DNA from: a virus
Lineage: Duplodnaviria > Caudoviricetes
Length of the DNA: 33,645 nt
IMG/VR virus record: IMGVR_UViG_3300021086_000014
Coordinates: 1 to 33,645 of that record
Direction: 5' to 3' (one strand)
A model generated the notes under the pieces. That model saw only the letters and a list, made by a program, of their open reading frames with translations. It was not told the DNA's origin and searched no databases. The translations under genes and the position numbers were made by a program. Below, piece after piece: positions 7,498 to 17,135 of the stretch; positions within the stretch are counted from its first letter, which is position 1; each line of letters begins with the position of its first letter.

Positions 7498-7991
7498 GGG
7501 GCGCCTCCCGTCGGTGGAGTGAGTTGCGTGAGGATCTGCTGCACCTGCGCGAGGATCCCAGCGACCGCCTCGTCCTGGGCGTGAAGGTGGTTGTCCTGCG
7601 CTTGGAGGTGCCGCTGGATCTCGGCAGCCTCGTGCAGCACGGCCTCGGCGTCCAGGTAGGTGGCCTCGGAGCGTTTGTCCGACGCTGCGGCCTGCAGGTT
7701 CTGACCGAGCTGCAGGACCGCGAGCATCACTAGTTGGATCATCGTCTGGGAGATCCAGCCGACGATCAGCAAAGTGCGCGACGGGAACCAGTTGAAGCCG
7801 AGCACGCTCGGCAGCGCGAGCAGCGCCAGGCCGGTGAACAGGTACGCGGCCTGCATCGTCCCGACCAGGGCGGTCAGCCGCAGCGCGATGCGTCCGTTGA
7901 TCCCGGCGGCATGCTGGTCTTGGATCTTGACCGGGCCAGCGAGCCTGCGCGCCGCCACGTGGGGATGGGCGACATGCTCGAACAGGCTCAC
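7494..7991 (-). CDS. DUF1003-like two-TM membrane protein (165 aa, [11 protein letters not shown]...)
   Basis: GTG at 7991 overlaps the PLD stop. [16 protein letters not shown], two TM helices, [28 protein letters not shown] and a C-terminal coiled coil resemble DUF1003. Confidence 0.75.
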   Translation of the reverse strand: MSLFEHVAHPHVAARRLAGPVKIQDQHAAGINGRIALRLTALVGTMQAAYLFTGLALLALPSVLGFNWFPSRTLLIVGWISQTMIQLVMLAVLQLGQNLQAAASDKRSEATYLDAEAVLHEAAEIQRHLQAQDNHLHAQDEAVAGILAQVQQILTQLTPPTGGAP

Positions 7992-8521
7992 GCCTTGGCC
8001 GCCGCAGTCAGCATGTGTTGATGAATGAGGTCCAGGCGGGCGCGGGCTTCGGCGGCGACCTGCGGGTCGCGGATGACGATCGCGGCGTTGTCCTGCAGCG
8101 CCTCGCCGGAGTGCGACCAGTTCGTGGACCCGGTCAGCACGTCGAGCCCGTCCACGACCGCCATTTTCAAGTGCATGATCGCTCCGCGTTCGCTGCGGCC
8201 GATCGCGATCGAATTGGACGGGAACGCGCTCTTGGCCAGCAGCGCCCGCTCGTGCACGCCCCCGGCCTGGCTGGAATCCAGCGTCAGTTGCACGTAGCAG
8301 TGCTCCGCGTCGAGCCTCTCGTGCAGCGCCGACGCCAACTCGTCGTCGTCGAACCCGTACATCCCGAGCACAAGTGAGCGCTGGGCGGAGCGGATGAGAT
8401 CCAGCAGCGCGCCGTGCACGTCGTCGACCGGGGAGTACAGCGAGCGCACATCCGGCGGGTAGCCGGGCGGGAAGCCCCCGCTCTTGTGCTTGTCCAGGGC
8501 GGACAGGTCGGGCAGCGGCAC
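7988..8521 (-). CDS. Phospholipase D-superfamily enzyme with a single HKD motif (Nuc/MitoPLD-like nuclease or phospholipase)
   Basis: [20 protein letters not shown] matches HxKxxxxDxxxxxxGSxN. N-terminal YSPVDD...[16 protein letters not shown]. No signal peptide evident. Confidence 0.9.
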   Translation of the reverse strand: MPLPDLSALDKHKSGGFPPGYPPDVRSLYSPVDDVHGALLDLIRSAQRSLVLGMYGFDDDELASALHERLDAEHCYVQLTLDSSQAGGVHERALLAKSAFPSNSIAIGRSERGAIMHLKMAVVDGLDVLTGSTNWSHSGEALQDNAAIVIRDPQVAAEARARLDLIHQHMLTAAAKA

Positions 8522-8527
8522 AGTCGC

Positions 8528-8980
8528 TCACGCTCCCCCGGTCGGCTCGTTGATCTCGTTGCGGAACGGCATGCGCCGGTCCTGCTCGGTGCCCAGCTCC
8601 CGCACCAGGTACGGGTTCTGTCCGTACCCGTGGCTTGGCGCAAATGGCTTGTCGTCGCCGACCTGGAAGAATTCCATGCACTCGTGCAACTCCACCAGCC
8701 GCACCTGCTCGAAAAGCCAGCGGCGCCAGGACCGCTCGTCGTAGGCGGCCGGGGGCACGGGCAGGTAGTGATTGACCCGGTAGTCGGTTTCTTCGGGATG
8801 GTAGCTGTTGACGCCCAGCGTGGTGATGACCAGGGTGAGCCCTTCGCTGCCCTGGCCGCGGTTGATGTCCGCGAGCGCGAACCGCCACCCCGCCCGGTAG
8901 CGCAGCCGGGCGACGAGCGAGGCCAGGGTGTGCGGGTAGGGCGCCGACTGGCGCATGCCCTCCTCGCGCGCGGCGGTCAT
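8528..8980 (-). CDS. Conserved-looking hypothetical phage protein (W/Y-rich, VELHECMEFF)
   Basis: ATGA overlap with the upstream gene. Globular, aromatic-rich sequence. Confidence 0.75.
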   Translation of the reverse strand: MTAAREEGMRQSAPYPHTLASLVARLRYRAGWRFALADINRGQGSEGLTLVITTLGVNSYHPEETDYRVNHYLPVPPAAYDERSWRRWLFEQVRLVELHECMEFFQVGDDKPFAPSHGYGQNPYLVRELGTEQDRRMPFRNEINEPTGGA

Positions 8981-9228
8981 GTGAAGCTCGGCGGGGTCGC
9001 GCCCGCGTTCGTGGTGTACGAGGTGCTGCCGGTGTCCGCCTTGGCCACCTCCGCGTTGAACACCAGCCCCGCGGGCAGTGCGGCCTTGACCGCCGCGAGC
9101 AGCGCGAACGCGTCCGGGTCCCCGAATGTGGAACTCTTGGTGACACTGAAGGCGATCCCGGAGAACAGGGAACTGTCGCTCGGGTTGATGGCGAAGGTGT
9201 ACTGCGTCTGCGCGTACGTCGAACTCAT
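8977..9228 (-). CDS. Small hypothetical protein (83 aa), possible tail-tip accessory
   Basis: GGGAGGA SD before ATG. Beta-rich composition. Confidence 0.75.
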   Translation of the reverse strand: MSSTYAQTQYTFAINPSDSSLFSGIAFSVTKSSTFGDPDAFALLAAVKAALPAGLVFNAEVAKADTGSTSYTTNAGATPPSFT

Positions 9229-9262
9229 GGCGTCCTCCCGTGGGTGGCTCGCACCGCGGCGG

Positions 9263-9802
9263 CTAGTTGTGCAGGAACCAGATCGTCAGGCTGGAGCACA
9301 GGTCCGAGGCGACGAAGGTGTTCAGGGCGCCGCCGGAGTGCTGGTAGGCGTGGAACTCGATGAAGTCGCCGCTGCCGTTCAGGAAGATCGGGATGGTGGG
9401 TGTCGAGACCGTGGCCGCGTCGGTGGAGGGCGCCTGGAGCATCTGCGCGCCGCCCTGGATCGGGGTGCCGTTTTTCGCCAACCGCGCCCCGCGCGCGCCC
9501 GTGCCGTTCAGTGCGACCGCCGCGACCCCGCACGCCACATACCACCCCGGGACCTGGCCGACATACCGCGAATTGTTCGCCGTCGTACTGTGGCCGCCAT
9601 AGGAGTCGTTGACCGAGGCGTCCAGGGCCACGAACTGCCAGACCGCGGTCGTCGTGCCCTGCGCGGTGGCCTGTGTCAGGTACGCGATGGGCGGGCCGAG
9701 CAGGAAGTTGACGGCGTCGCGCACGCCCGTGTTCCACAGCGCCGAGGTGATGGTCAGCCCGGGCGACTGGGTCGATTCGACGGGCACGGGCAGGTTCGTC
9801 AC
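9263..9802 (-). CDS. Minor tail protein / probable receptor-binding jelly-roll (179 aa)
   Basis: N-terminal SPGLTITSALWN anchor-like segment and WQFVALD...D..GGH....NSRY..QVPGWY pattern. Follows the large tail-tip gene. Confidence 0.75.
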   Translation of the reverse strand: MTNLPVPVESTQSPGLTITSALWNTGVRDAVNFLLGPPIAYLTQATAQGTTTAVWQFVALDASVNDSYGGHSTTANNSRYVGQVPGWYVACGVAAVALNGTGARGARLAKNGTPIQGGAQMLQAPSTDAATVSTPTIPIFLNGSGDFIEFHAYQHSGGALNTFVASDLCSSLTIWFLHN

Positions 9803-9856
9803 GGCGCCCCACCCCCGCCCCGGTGCTGTGGCGCCGCCGGGGCGCGGGGCGCCCGG

Positions 9857-12800
9857 TCAGTACGCGAAATTCACGTTGCCGAACGCGCTGGAGTCCCACG
9901 TGGCGGGGTTCGTCACCCCGGGCGGGGTATAGGTGCTCGCGCCGTTGCCGCTGGTGTACGTGGTCTGCGAGAGGGCGGGCAGTTTCTCGCACACCACGGT
10001 GCTTGCGGCGTGGGTTTTCGCGAGGTTCGCGGTGAACGTGACGGTGACGCTCGCATAGCCGGGCGCGGTCGCCGACACCGACAGGACCGTGAGGGTCTCG
10101 CTGTTCGCGGTGCCCGGCTCCAGCGTCATCTGCATACCGGCGAACACATACGCGGAGAACGGGTTCGCCGCCGCGTCGGGCAGCGGGTTCAGCACGGCGG
10201 CGGCCTGCCCGCTGGCGGCCTGCACGCGCAGCGTCGTGTGCAGGGCCGCGAACACCCCGTACGGGGTCAGGTCCGCGGGCGAGCACTGCACGGTCAGGTC
10301 CGCCTCGCCCGTATCGTCCCCGGCCCAGTCCAGGGACTCCACGAAACAGTCCGTGGTGATCACCGGCGCTGCGGGTGGCCTGCGGTTGACCCGGATCCTG
10401 GTGCCCAGTTCCAGGCTCAGGCACACCGGCCACAATGAGGGCAGCGCGGAGGGGTGCAGTTTGAGCGCCTCGATGCGCTGCACGGCCTGGTTGTAGCGGG
10501 AGACCACATAGGCGGCCTGGTCCCCGCACTCGTTGCCGGAGGTGGACTGGTTGGCGATCTGCCGCTGGCGGGTGCCGGTGACGGTCTGGCTCGCGGCGGA
10601 CTGCGCGGTGAACACCTGCCCGGTGGTGGACTGGGTGACCTGTGCGCTGTTGCAGATCAGGGTGGGGTCCGCGTCGTAGGACACGTCCTCGTAGGGGAAT
10701 TCGCCCAGGTCCGTGCGCTCCCCGAACGTGTAGGCGGGGGTGAGGTTGTTGTAGCGGGCCGCGCGGGCCTTGAACGTGAGGCGCCCGGCGGCGTCCACGT
10801 AGTGCGCCCCCGCCTCGGTGTCCACCACGGCCTGCAGCGCGGACAGGGCGTCCAGGCCGGGCACGTCGGTCGCCGGACCCAGGCTCGCCGAGGACCCGGC
10901 GTCGATCGCGGTCGGCCCGGTCCAGCCGGCCAGTTTCAGGATCTGGGTGTAGCGCTGCCCGCTGGACTGCCCGGAGTACGCGGTCTTCCACGCCGTGTAG
11001 AGCCGGGTCATCTCGTTGCCGGTGAACTCGTACGGGTATTCCATCGCCCAGGCGATGTCCCCGGCGAACGGGAACACGTTGCCCTTGACGAGCGGGTCGG
11101 CGGCGCCCGCGAAGGAGTCTGTGAGGAACCCGCCGACCGGGTTCCACGCGGTGGTGTAGTCGATGGTGGACACGGCGCCGTCGAGGTTGTACGTGATGTG
11201 TTTCAGGGTGTTGCGCAGGGAGAACCCGATCATGTGCCAGTCGCCGAGGGACACGGCACCGATGTCGAAAGTGGCGGTGTTGACCGCGTCGGTGATCCCC
11301 ACGATCACGTGGCCGCCGGTACTCACGTAGCTCTTGACCTGGTTGACCTCGTTGACGCCGCCCTGGCACCACCAGATCGCGGACGCGGAGCCCGTGGGCA
11401 TCGTGGTGTAGCGGAACGCCACGATGCGGGTGAACCCGCCGGTGGCGGGCGGCCCGAGGATCCCGGCGGCGCTGGGGGGCAGCGCGATGACCGAGTAGGG
11501 GCCGAAGGTTCCGGCGCCCGGTGTGCCGCCCGCGCCGACGGCGAACGTGGTGACGGTGGTGCCGGGGGCGCCGAGGAACGTGCCGCCCGCGTCCGCGGAG
11601 GTGATCGCCGCCCCGGGGGTGACCGTGCCGGGCCCGTACTGGGCGTGCACGGAGATCTGCGCGGGCGGCCGGTTGCCGGTGGCGTCCGCGAACGTCACGC
11701 TGCCCGAGGGGTCGGCGAGTTTGTAGAGCATGTCGGGGCCGGCCTGCGGGTTGCCGGAGTCGTCCACCGGGTTGTAGATCGCCGCCGACAGCACGTCGGG
11801 CAGGGTGGACTGGGAAAGCAGCGCCATCGGGTCGGTGACGGTGGGCACGGAGCGCCCGGAGGTGCCCGAGTCGGTCCAGGACTGCGGGTAGCGTTCCACG
11901 CCGCCGGTCAGGATCGGATACCAGGGGTTGGGGACCGCGAACGCGGACGCGGTGGCGCTGGCCTCCCATTGCAGCCCGTCGGCCTGCAACTGGGCGGCGG
12001 TGCAGCCCGCGGGCAGGTTCAGGCCGATCAGCGCGTACCCTGCGCCCGCTGGGGCGGCGCCGGATGCGGTCAGGGTCGCGAACGAGGCGCCCCCGGCGCC
12101 GGTCAGGGTGGCGGGGGCGCCCAGGAGGGTGGCGATCAGCGCCCCGCCGGGGGTGTACCAGGAGATCTGCGCGGCCGCGCTGGGGTTCTGGCCGCCGGTC
12201 AGGCACCGGGCGTGGGTGGTGTAGCTGTAGGCCTGCCCGGTGGGGTACAGGCCGGCCTGGCTGAGGTACAGCAGCGCGCCCGCGGGCGGGGTGGAGGCCT
12301 GTGCGGGCACGGCGGTGCCGTAGGCGGCCCCGGCCGGGGCGGCCGCGGTGGTGCTCAGGAACGTCCAGGTCGCCGCCGTCAGCGGGGTGACGGTTCCGGC
12401 GGTGGGCGTCAGCGCGGCCCCGGCGGCGCTGTACCAGTTGATGTTCACGGCGGCGCTGTGCCCGGTGGCGGAGTAGACCCAGGCCTGCGCGGTGTAGCTC
12501 GCGCCTGCGGCGACCTGTCCGCGCCCGGATTCTGCGGTGTCCCGCAGGGAGGTGCCGTCGGGGGTCAGCAGTCCGGAGTAGGGCTGGCCGGGGTAGAGGA
12601 CGGCGGTGGACTGGGCCAGGGTCCCGCCGGCCGCGCTCCACGGCCCGGCCCCGCCGGTGAAGGTCGGGTTGGGGGTCAGCGGCGCCGGGGGCGCGGGCAC
12701 GGGCAGCGGCAGCGCGACCCGGGTGTAGAACTGGGCGGACCCGGCCGCGGCGGTGAGCGTCGCCTCCATGGCCTGCGCGCCCTGGAACGCGGTGGCGGAG

Positions 12801-13231
12801 GCGACGACCTGGTATTCGGTGGTGGTCCCGGTCACGTCGATGCCGAACATCGAGGGGGTCGTGCCGGGCCCGTAGGGGGTGCCCTCGCCGCTGGTGGCCT
12901 GGTCGACGGTGAGCAGGTTGATCCCGGTGGGCGGGTATTGGGCGCGCAGCCGGAACGCCTGGTAGGGATCGACGTTGGGCGCGAGCGGCGAGGAGGTGTT
13001 GGAGGGGTCGAACGCGCCGTCGCGGTTGTCCCAGGTGGTGTTGAGGCTCCCGGCCTGGACCTGGTTGGTTTCGTATTGGCGGCCGCGTTTGGCGCCCCAG
13101 TTCGCGATGGTGCGGGGGGTGACGTCGGTGAACGGGAAGTCGTCGTAGGAGGCGGAGGACACCCCGTAGCCGGTGTGCCCGGCGCTGGCCCATTCGGCGC
13201 GCAGCGTCGGCCAGTTCGGGTTGGTCGCCAC
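9857..13231 (-). CDS. Large tail-tip/baseplate protein (1124 aa) with carbohydrate-binding and LamG-like modules
   Basis: Directly after the tape measure gene. N-terminal RGRQYE...AG....WDNRDG.FDP.N motif, CBM-like repeats, concanavalin/LamG-like region (GDWHMIGF), C-terminal hub-like region (ALQAVVDTEAG..YVDAAGRLTF). Confidence 0.85.
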   Translation of the reverse strand: MATNPNWPTLRAEWASAGHTGYGVSSASYDDFPFTDVTPRTIANWGAKRGRQYETNQVQAGSLNTTWDNRDGAFDPSNTSSPLAPNVDPYQAFRLRAQYPPTGINLLTVDQATSGEGTPYGPGTTPSMFGIDVTGTTTEYQVVASATAFQGAQAMEATLTAAAGSAQFYTRVALPLPVPAPPAPLTPNPTFTGGAGPWSAAGGTLAQSTAVLYPGQPYSGLLTPDGTSLRDTAESGRGQVAAGASYTAQAWVYSATGHSAAVNINWYSAAGAALTPTAGTVTPLTAATWTFLSTTAAAPAGAAYGTAVPAQASTPPAGALLYLSQAGLYPTGQAYSYTTHARCLTGGQNPSAAAQISWYTPGGALIATLLGAPATLTGAGGASFATLTASGAAPAGAGYALIGLNLPAGCTAAQLQADGLQWEASATASAFAVPNPWYPILTGGVERYPQSWTDSGTSGRSVPTVTDPMALLSQSTLPDVLSAAIYNPVDDSGNPQAGPDMLYKLADPSGSVTFADATGNRPPAQISVHAQYGPGTVTPGAAITSADAGGTFLGAPGTTVTTFAVGAGGTPGAGTFGPYSVIALPPSAAGILGPPATGGFTRIVAFRYTTMPTGSASAIWWCQGGVNEVNQVKSYVSTGGHVIVGITDAVNTATFDIGAVSLGDWHMIGFSLRNTLKHITYNLDGAVSTIDYTTAWNPVGGFLTDSFAGAADPLVKGNVFPFAGDIAWAMEYPYEFTGNEMTRLYTAWKTAYSGQSSGQRYTQILKLAGWTGPTAIDAGSSASLGPATDVPGLDALSALQAVVDTEAGAHYVDAAGRLTFKARAARYNNLTPAYTFGERTDLGEFPYEDVSYDADPTLICNSAQVTQSTTGQVFTAQSAASQTVTGTRQRQIANQSTSGNECGDQAAYVVSRYNQAVQRIEALKLHPSALPSLWPVCLSLELGTRIRVNRRPPAAPVITTDCFVESLDWAGDDTGEADLTVQCSPADLTPYGVFAALHTTLRVQAASGQAAAVLNPLPDAAANPFSAYVFAGMQMTLEPGTANSETLTVLSVSATAPGYASVTVTFTANLAKTHAASTVVCEKLPALSQTTYTSGNGASTYTPPGVTNPATWDSSAFGNVNFAY

Positions 13232-13247
13232 CGCTCACCCCCGGAAG

Positions 13248-16200
13248 CTAGGAGGAGCGGTTGCGCGAGGACTGGTAGGGGGTGTAGCTGGTGGAGTTGC
13301 GCATGCCGACGCGGGTCATGGCCTGTTGTACGACCAGGCCCAGGTCGCGTTCGGCGAGCACGGAGCCGTCGATGCGGAAGTAGTTGTTGACCACCGTCGC
13401 GCCGCCGCTCGGGGGGGCGGGCATGTACGCCGCGCTGCCGGACGCGCCGCCGCCCGTGCCGCGCGCGGCGGCGAACGCGCCGGTCAGGGCGCGGTTGTCG
13501 ATGGGGGCGCGTCCTGTTTGCATGGCGTTGGACACGACGTATTCGCCGCCGTGGACGATGGCGAGCATGGGGGCGTCCTTCGCGCCGGGCACGAACCCCC
13601 CGGAGTCCATGCCCTTGAGGTGCAGCGCCTTGCCGACGATGCCGCCGACGCCGCCCAGTGCGCTCGCGTTGCCGCTCAGCGCGCTGATCGCGCTCGAGAT
13701 CCCGGAAACGGCGCCCGAGATCGTGTCGAAGATCGGTTTGAGGTAGCCCCAGACCGTGGACACGGTGGATTTGAAGCCGCCCCACACCGAGTCCCACACG
13801 CTCTTCACCGTGTTCAGCGCGCCGAGGATGTCGTTGTTGTAGAACGACTTGAGCGGCCGGAATATATTGTCGTCTATCCAGTGATAGATGGCGGCGGCCG
13901 TGGTTTTGATGCCGCCCCAGGCGGCGTCCCACGCGGCCTTCGCCCCGGCGACCGCGGCGCGGAAGGTGGCGGAGAAGAACTCGCCGATCGGGCGCAGCAC
14001 GTCGTTCCACACGAAGGTGTAGGCGGCCTTCGCGGCGCCGACGATGTCGCTCCAGGCGGCCTTCCAGAAATCCCGGAACCAGGCGCACTTGGTCCACAGC
14101 AGCACGAACGCCGCGACCAGCGCCGCGATCGCGAGCACGACCAGGGTGATCGGGTTGGCGGCCATCGCGGCGTCCAGCAGCCACTGCGCGGCGGTCGCGG
14201 CCCGCTCGGCGACGGTCGCCGCGATCAACGCGAGCTTGTCCGCGGTCCAGCCGATCGCGGTGCGCGCCGCCGCCGCCGAGGCCGCAGCGGCGGAGGTCAC
14301 CCAGCCCCAGGTCGCGCTCGCCGAGGACGCGATCGCGCCGCCGACCGAGGAGAGGGTGGCGGTGATGCCGCTCCACGCCGAGGACGCGAACGACGCCGCA
14401 GTCTCGGCGGCACTGGCGCCGAGTGTCTTCAGCCCCGTGGCAGCGCCGGAGGCCGCCGAGGCGATGCCCCGGCCCCAGTCCGCGACCGCGCCGGCGGCCT
14501 TGGACCCGGTGTCCTTGATGGACTGCAGGAACAGTTGGGCGTCCAGTTTCGTCGGCAGCACGTTCTTGGCCGCGTCGGCGGCCTTCCCGGCGAAGTCGGA
14601 GACCAGTCCCTTGGCGACGGACAGGCGCTGGCCCAGCACGTCGACCATCCCGGAGACTCCGGCTTTGAGTCCGTCCATGGCGTACATGCCGCGCGCCCGC
14701 AAGCCGTCGAAGATCTTGGACGCCTCGGAGGTCTTGGACGCTGCGGCCCTCATGCCGTCCAGCGCCGTGCCGATCTGCCCGATCTGGTTGACCGGGAATT
14801 TCAGGATCGCCGTGGACAGGTTCAGGATCCCGGTGGCGGCGTTGATGCTCTTGAGTACCAGCAGGCGGGCGATCAGCAGGCCGAGGACGACCTGCGCGAA
14901 CACGGTGATCAGGGTCCTGTTGCGGTCGAAGAACCTGGCGAGGGCGAGCAGCGCGGGGCCGGCCACGTCTTTGAGGATCCCGCCGACCGCGACGAGCGCG
15001 GCCAGGAACTCCTTGCCGATCAGCAGGGCCGCCGGGCCGACGGCCCGCACCAGTTCCGAGAAGGCCTTGGCCGCGTCCCTGCCGAACACGGTGGCGTCGG
15101 TGGCCAGGGTGCGCAGCACCTGCCCGAGCTGCTGCATCGGCGTGAGCGGCGGCGCGGGTATCGCGGCCTGCATTTCGTTCAGGCGCGCGTTGCCCAGGTT
15201 CGCCGGTGCGGGCGGCTTGCCCGCGGCGCCGGAGAAGCCCGAGGCGATCCCGCCGAACGCCGAGCCGATGGTTTTCGCGATCGGGGCGCCGCGGGTCTCG
15301 AGCAGGGTGATGAACGCGGACACCTTCGGGATCAGGAACTCGCCGATGCGGATCGCCAGGGCGTCGATCCCGGAGTGGATCTCCTTCATCTGCTGCGAGA
15401 ACGTGTTCTTCGTGGTCACCCACGCGTCGCCGAAGGCGCTCACCCCGGAGTCCATCATCGGGTACTTGGTCATCAGGCGGTCGTACTGGCCCATCAGGAC
15501 GGCGACGCCCGCCCCGGCCTTCTTGCCGAACATCTCCGTGATGATCTGGCCCTGCTCCGTCGCCCCGATGCCCGCGGCCTGGAAGTGCGCCTCCAGGTCT
15601 TGGAGCGCGAGCTTCATGCCGCCCTTCTGCATGTCCTGGGCGAGGGTGTTCTGCGTCATCCCGAATTCTTTGAGGTACACGCTCGCGGTCTTCGCCGGGA
15701 CGGCCAGCGCCTGGACCGACATCCGGAACATCGTTCCTGCGGCTGCTCCGCGGATGTTGTTGTCGCCGAACACCGCGAGCGCCGCGCCGGCGTCCTGGAT
15801 GGTCGCGCCGTAGCCCTTCACCACGGCCAGCGCGCCGCCGCTGAACGCCTTGGTCAGGTCGTCCATCGTCATCTCGCCCGAGCCGACCATCGCGTTGAGC
15901 ACGCCCATGGCCTTGGCGGCGTCGGCGATGGGGACGTAGCCCGATGCCATGACCGCGGTCAGCGCGGTGGTCGTCTTGATGAGGTCCGAGTGTCCGACTG
16001 CGGCGCCCTCGGCTGCGATCTTCGTCATCATCAGGGCGTTCGCGGACGTGATGCCCATGCTGGCGAAGCCGGATTCGACGTGGAACAGGGACTGGGACAG
16101 TGATGTCGCGGAGAACCCGACCTGTCCGGCCAGGGCGAGGACGCCGCTGCTCAGTCCGGCGATTTTGTCCTTGCTGACGTCCGCCTGCGTGTTGAGCAGC

Positions 16201-16628
16201 GTCATTTCCGCGTCGAAGGTCGAGGCCATCTTCACGGACTCGACGGCGACCCCGGCCAGGCCGATCGAACCCCACTTGGCGACCTTGTCGAACACCGGGC
16301 CGAGGCCGAGCAGTTTTCCGGCCATGGAGTCGGTGGCGGCGGCCGATTCCGCGGCGGCGGCCTTCGTGCCGGTCGCGGATTCCTTCGCCGCGGCGCCGAC
16401 CTTCGCGTAGCCCGCGCTCGCCGCAGTGGCGGCCGCGTCCACGGAGGCGGCCATCCGGTCGGCCGAGGCCCCGGCTGCGGCCATCGACTCGTCCACCGAC
16501 GACGACGCGGCCTTCGCGGCCTCGCCGAGCCGCCCGAGCCCGTCGATCGTTTTCGCCACGCTGGCGAGGAACCCGGTGTCGGTGCCGGTGAACTCGACCG
16601 TGACCGGGGGCAGGAACGAGTCGGGCAC
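13248..16628 (-). CDS. Tail tape measure protein (1126 aa)
   Basis: Long Ala/Gly-rich helical protein with a TP901-type TMP region (GAAAGTMFRMSVQAL), AAMAANPITLVVLAIAALVAAFVLLW, W/F-periodic repeats and C-terminal SGGFVPG...VHGGEYV. Confidence 0.95.
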   Translation of the reverse strand: MPDSFLPPVTVEFTGTDTGFLASVAKTIDGLGRLGEAAKAASSSVDESMAAAGASADRMAASVDAAATAASAGYAKVGAAAKESATGTKAAAAESAAATDSMAGKLLGLGPVFDKVAKWGSIGLAGVAVESVKMASTFDAEMTLLNTQADVSKDKIAGLSSGVLALAGQVGFSATSLSQSLFHVESGFASMGITSANALMMTKIAAEGAAVGHSDLIKTTTALTAVMASGYVPIADAAKAMGVLNAMVGSGEMTMDDLTKAFSGGALAVVKGYGATIQDAGAALAVFGDNNIRGAAAGTMFRMSVQALAVPAKTASVYLKEFGMTQNTLAQDMQKGGMKLALQDLEAHFQAAGIGATEQGQIITEMFGKKAGAGVAVLMGQYDRLMTKYPMMDSGVSAFGDAWVTTKNTFSQQMKEIHSGIDALAIRIGEFLIPKVSAFITLLETRGAPIAKTIGSAFGGIASGFSGAAGKPPAPANLGNARLNEMQAAIPAPPLTPMQQLGQVLRTLATDATVFGRDAAKAFSELVRAVGPAALLIGKEFLAALVAVGGILKDVAGPALLALARFFDRNRTLITVFAQVVLGLLIARLLVLKSINAATGILNLSTAILKFPVNQIGQIGTALDGMRAAASKTSEASKIFDGLRARGMYAMDGLKAGVSGMVDVLGQRLSVAKGLVSDFAGKAADAAKNVLPTKLDAQLFLQSIKDTGSKAAGAVADWGRGIASAASGAATGLKTLGASAAETAASFASSAWSGITATLSSVGGAIASSASATWGWVTSAAAASAAAARTAIGWTADKLALIAATVAERAATAAQWLLDAAMAANPITLVVLAIAALVAAFVLLWTKCAWFRDFWKAAWSDIVGAAKAAYTFVWNDVLRPIGEFFSATFRAAVAGAKAAWDAAWGGIKTTAAAIYHWIDDNIFRPLKSFYNNDILGALNTVKSVWDSVWGGFKSTVSTVWGYLKPIFDTISGAVSGISSAISALSGNASALGGVGGIVGKALHLKGMDSGGFVPGAKDAPMLAIVHGGEYVVSNAMQTGRAPIDNRALTGAFAAARGTGGGASGSAAYMPAPPSGGATVVNNYFRIDGSVLAERDLGLVVQQAMTRVGMRNSTSYTPYQSSRNRSS

Positions 16629-16678
16629 GGCGCACCCCCGTCACGGCGCAGACGGGACGCGGGCGGCGCGGGCGCCGG

Positions 16679-17125
16679 TCAGCCGGTGACGGCGGCGCCC
16701 CACATGCGGGCGAACACCCCGATCAGCGCCGGATCCCTGCGCACCGCCTCCGCGGCGGGGCGCAGATAGGGCCTCGCGGGCAGCACTACGGCGTGCCCGC
16801 GCCCGGTGACCCCGCCCAGTTCCTGCACGCGCGCGTACGGGGCCGTGGGACCCAGCACGCTCGTCCACGACCCGGCGTCCCCGACGGGCCCGGTCACCGC
16901 GAACGAGGACCGCAGCACACCGGTGACCAGCGCGGGCGGCGAGCCCGGCGCCGAGGGCGTGGGAGTACCGCGCCGGTGCGAGGCACGGGAGAGGCCCGCC
17001 CTGGCCCGGCCCTCCACCAGGGCCGCGGCGGCCAGCACCGCGACCGGGGTCGCCGCCTGCACGCGCGCGCCCACCGCCTCCAACGCCCGGACGCACTCCC
17101 CGATCCCGGTGACCGCGACGCCCAC
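16679..17125 (-). CDS. HK97 gp10-like tail completion/neck protein
   Basis: VTG..LRSS, GPTAPYARVQELGG, LPARPYLRPA motifs. Confidence 0.85.
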   Translation of the reverse strand: MGVAVTGIGECVRALEAVGARVQAATPVAVLAAAALVEGRARAGLSRASHRRGTPTPSAPGSPPALVTGVLRSSFAVTGPVGDAGSWTSVLGPTAPYARVQELGGVTGRGHAVVLPARPYLRPAAEAVRRDPALIGVFARMWGAAVTG

Positions 17126-17135
17126 GCGAGCCCCC

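Noticed and set aside
7988-8521. PLD as part of a DISARM or restriction-type defence system (DrmC-like)
   Set aside because: No helicase, methylase or other defence genes are nearby, and it is embedded and coupled within the late/lysis operon.
9225-16644. Very long alternative-frame and antisense ORFs (9225..13238, 12832..16644, 10454..13390, 13173..16103 and similar elsewhere)
   Set aside because: Arg/Pro/Gly-rich shadow frames expected from high GC3 coding on the true frame; no motifs, SD or coupling.
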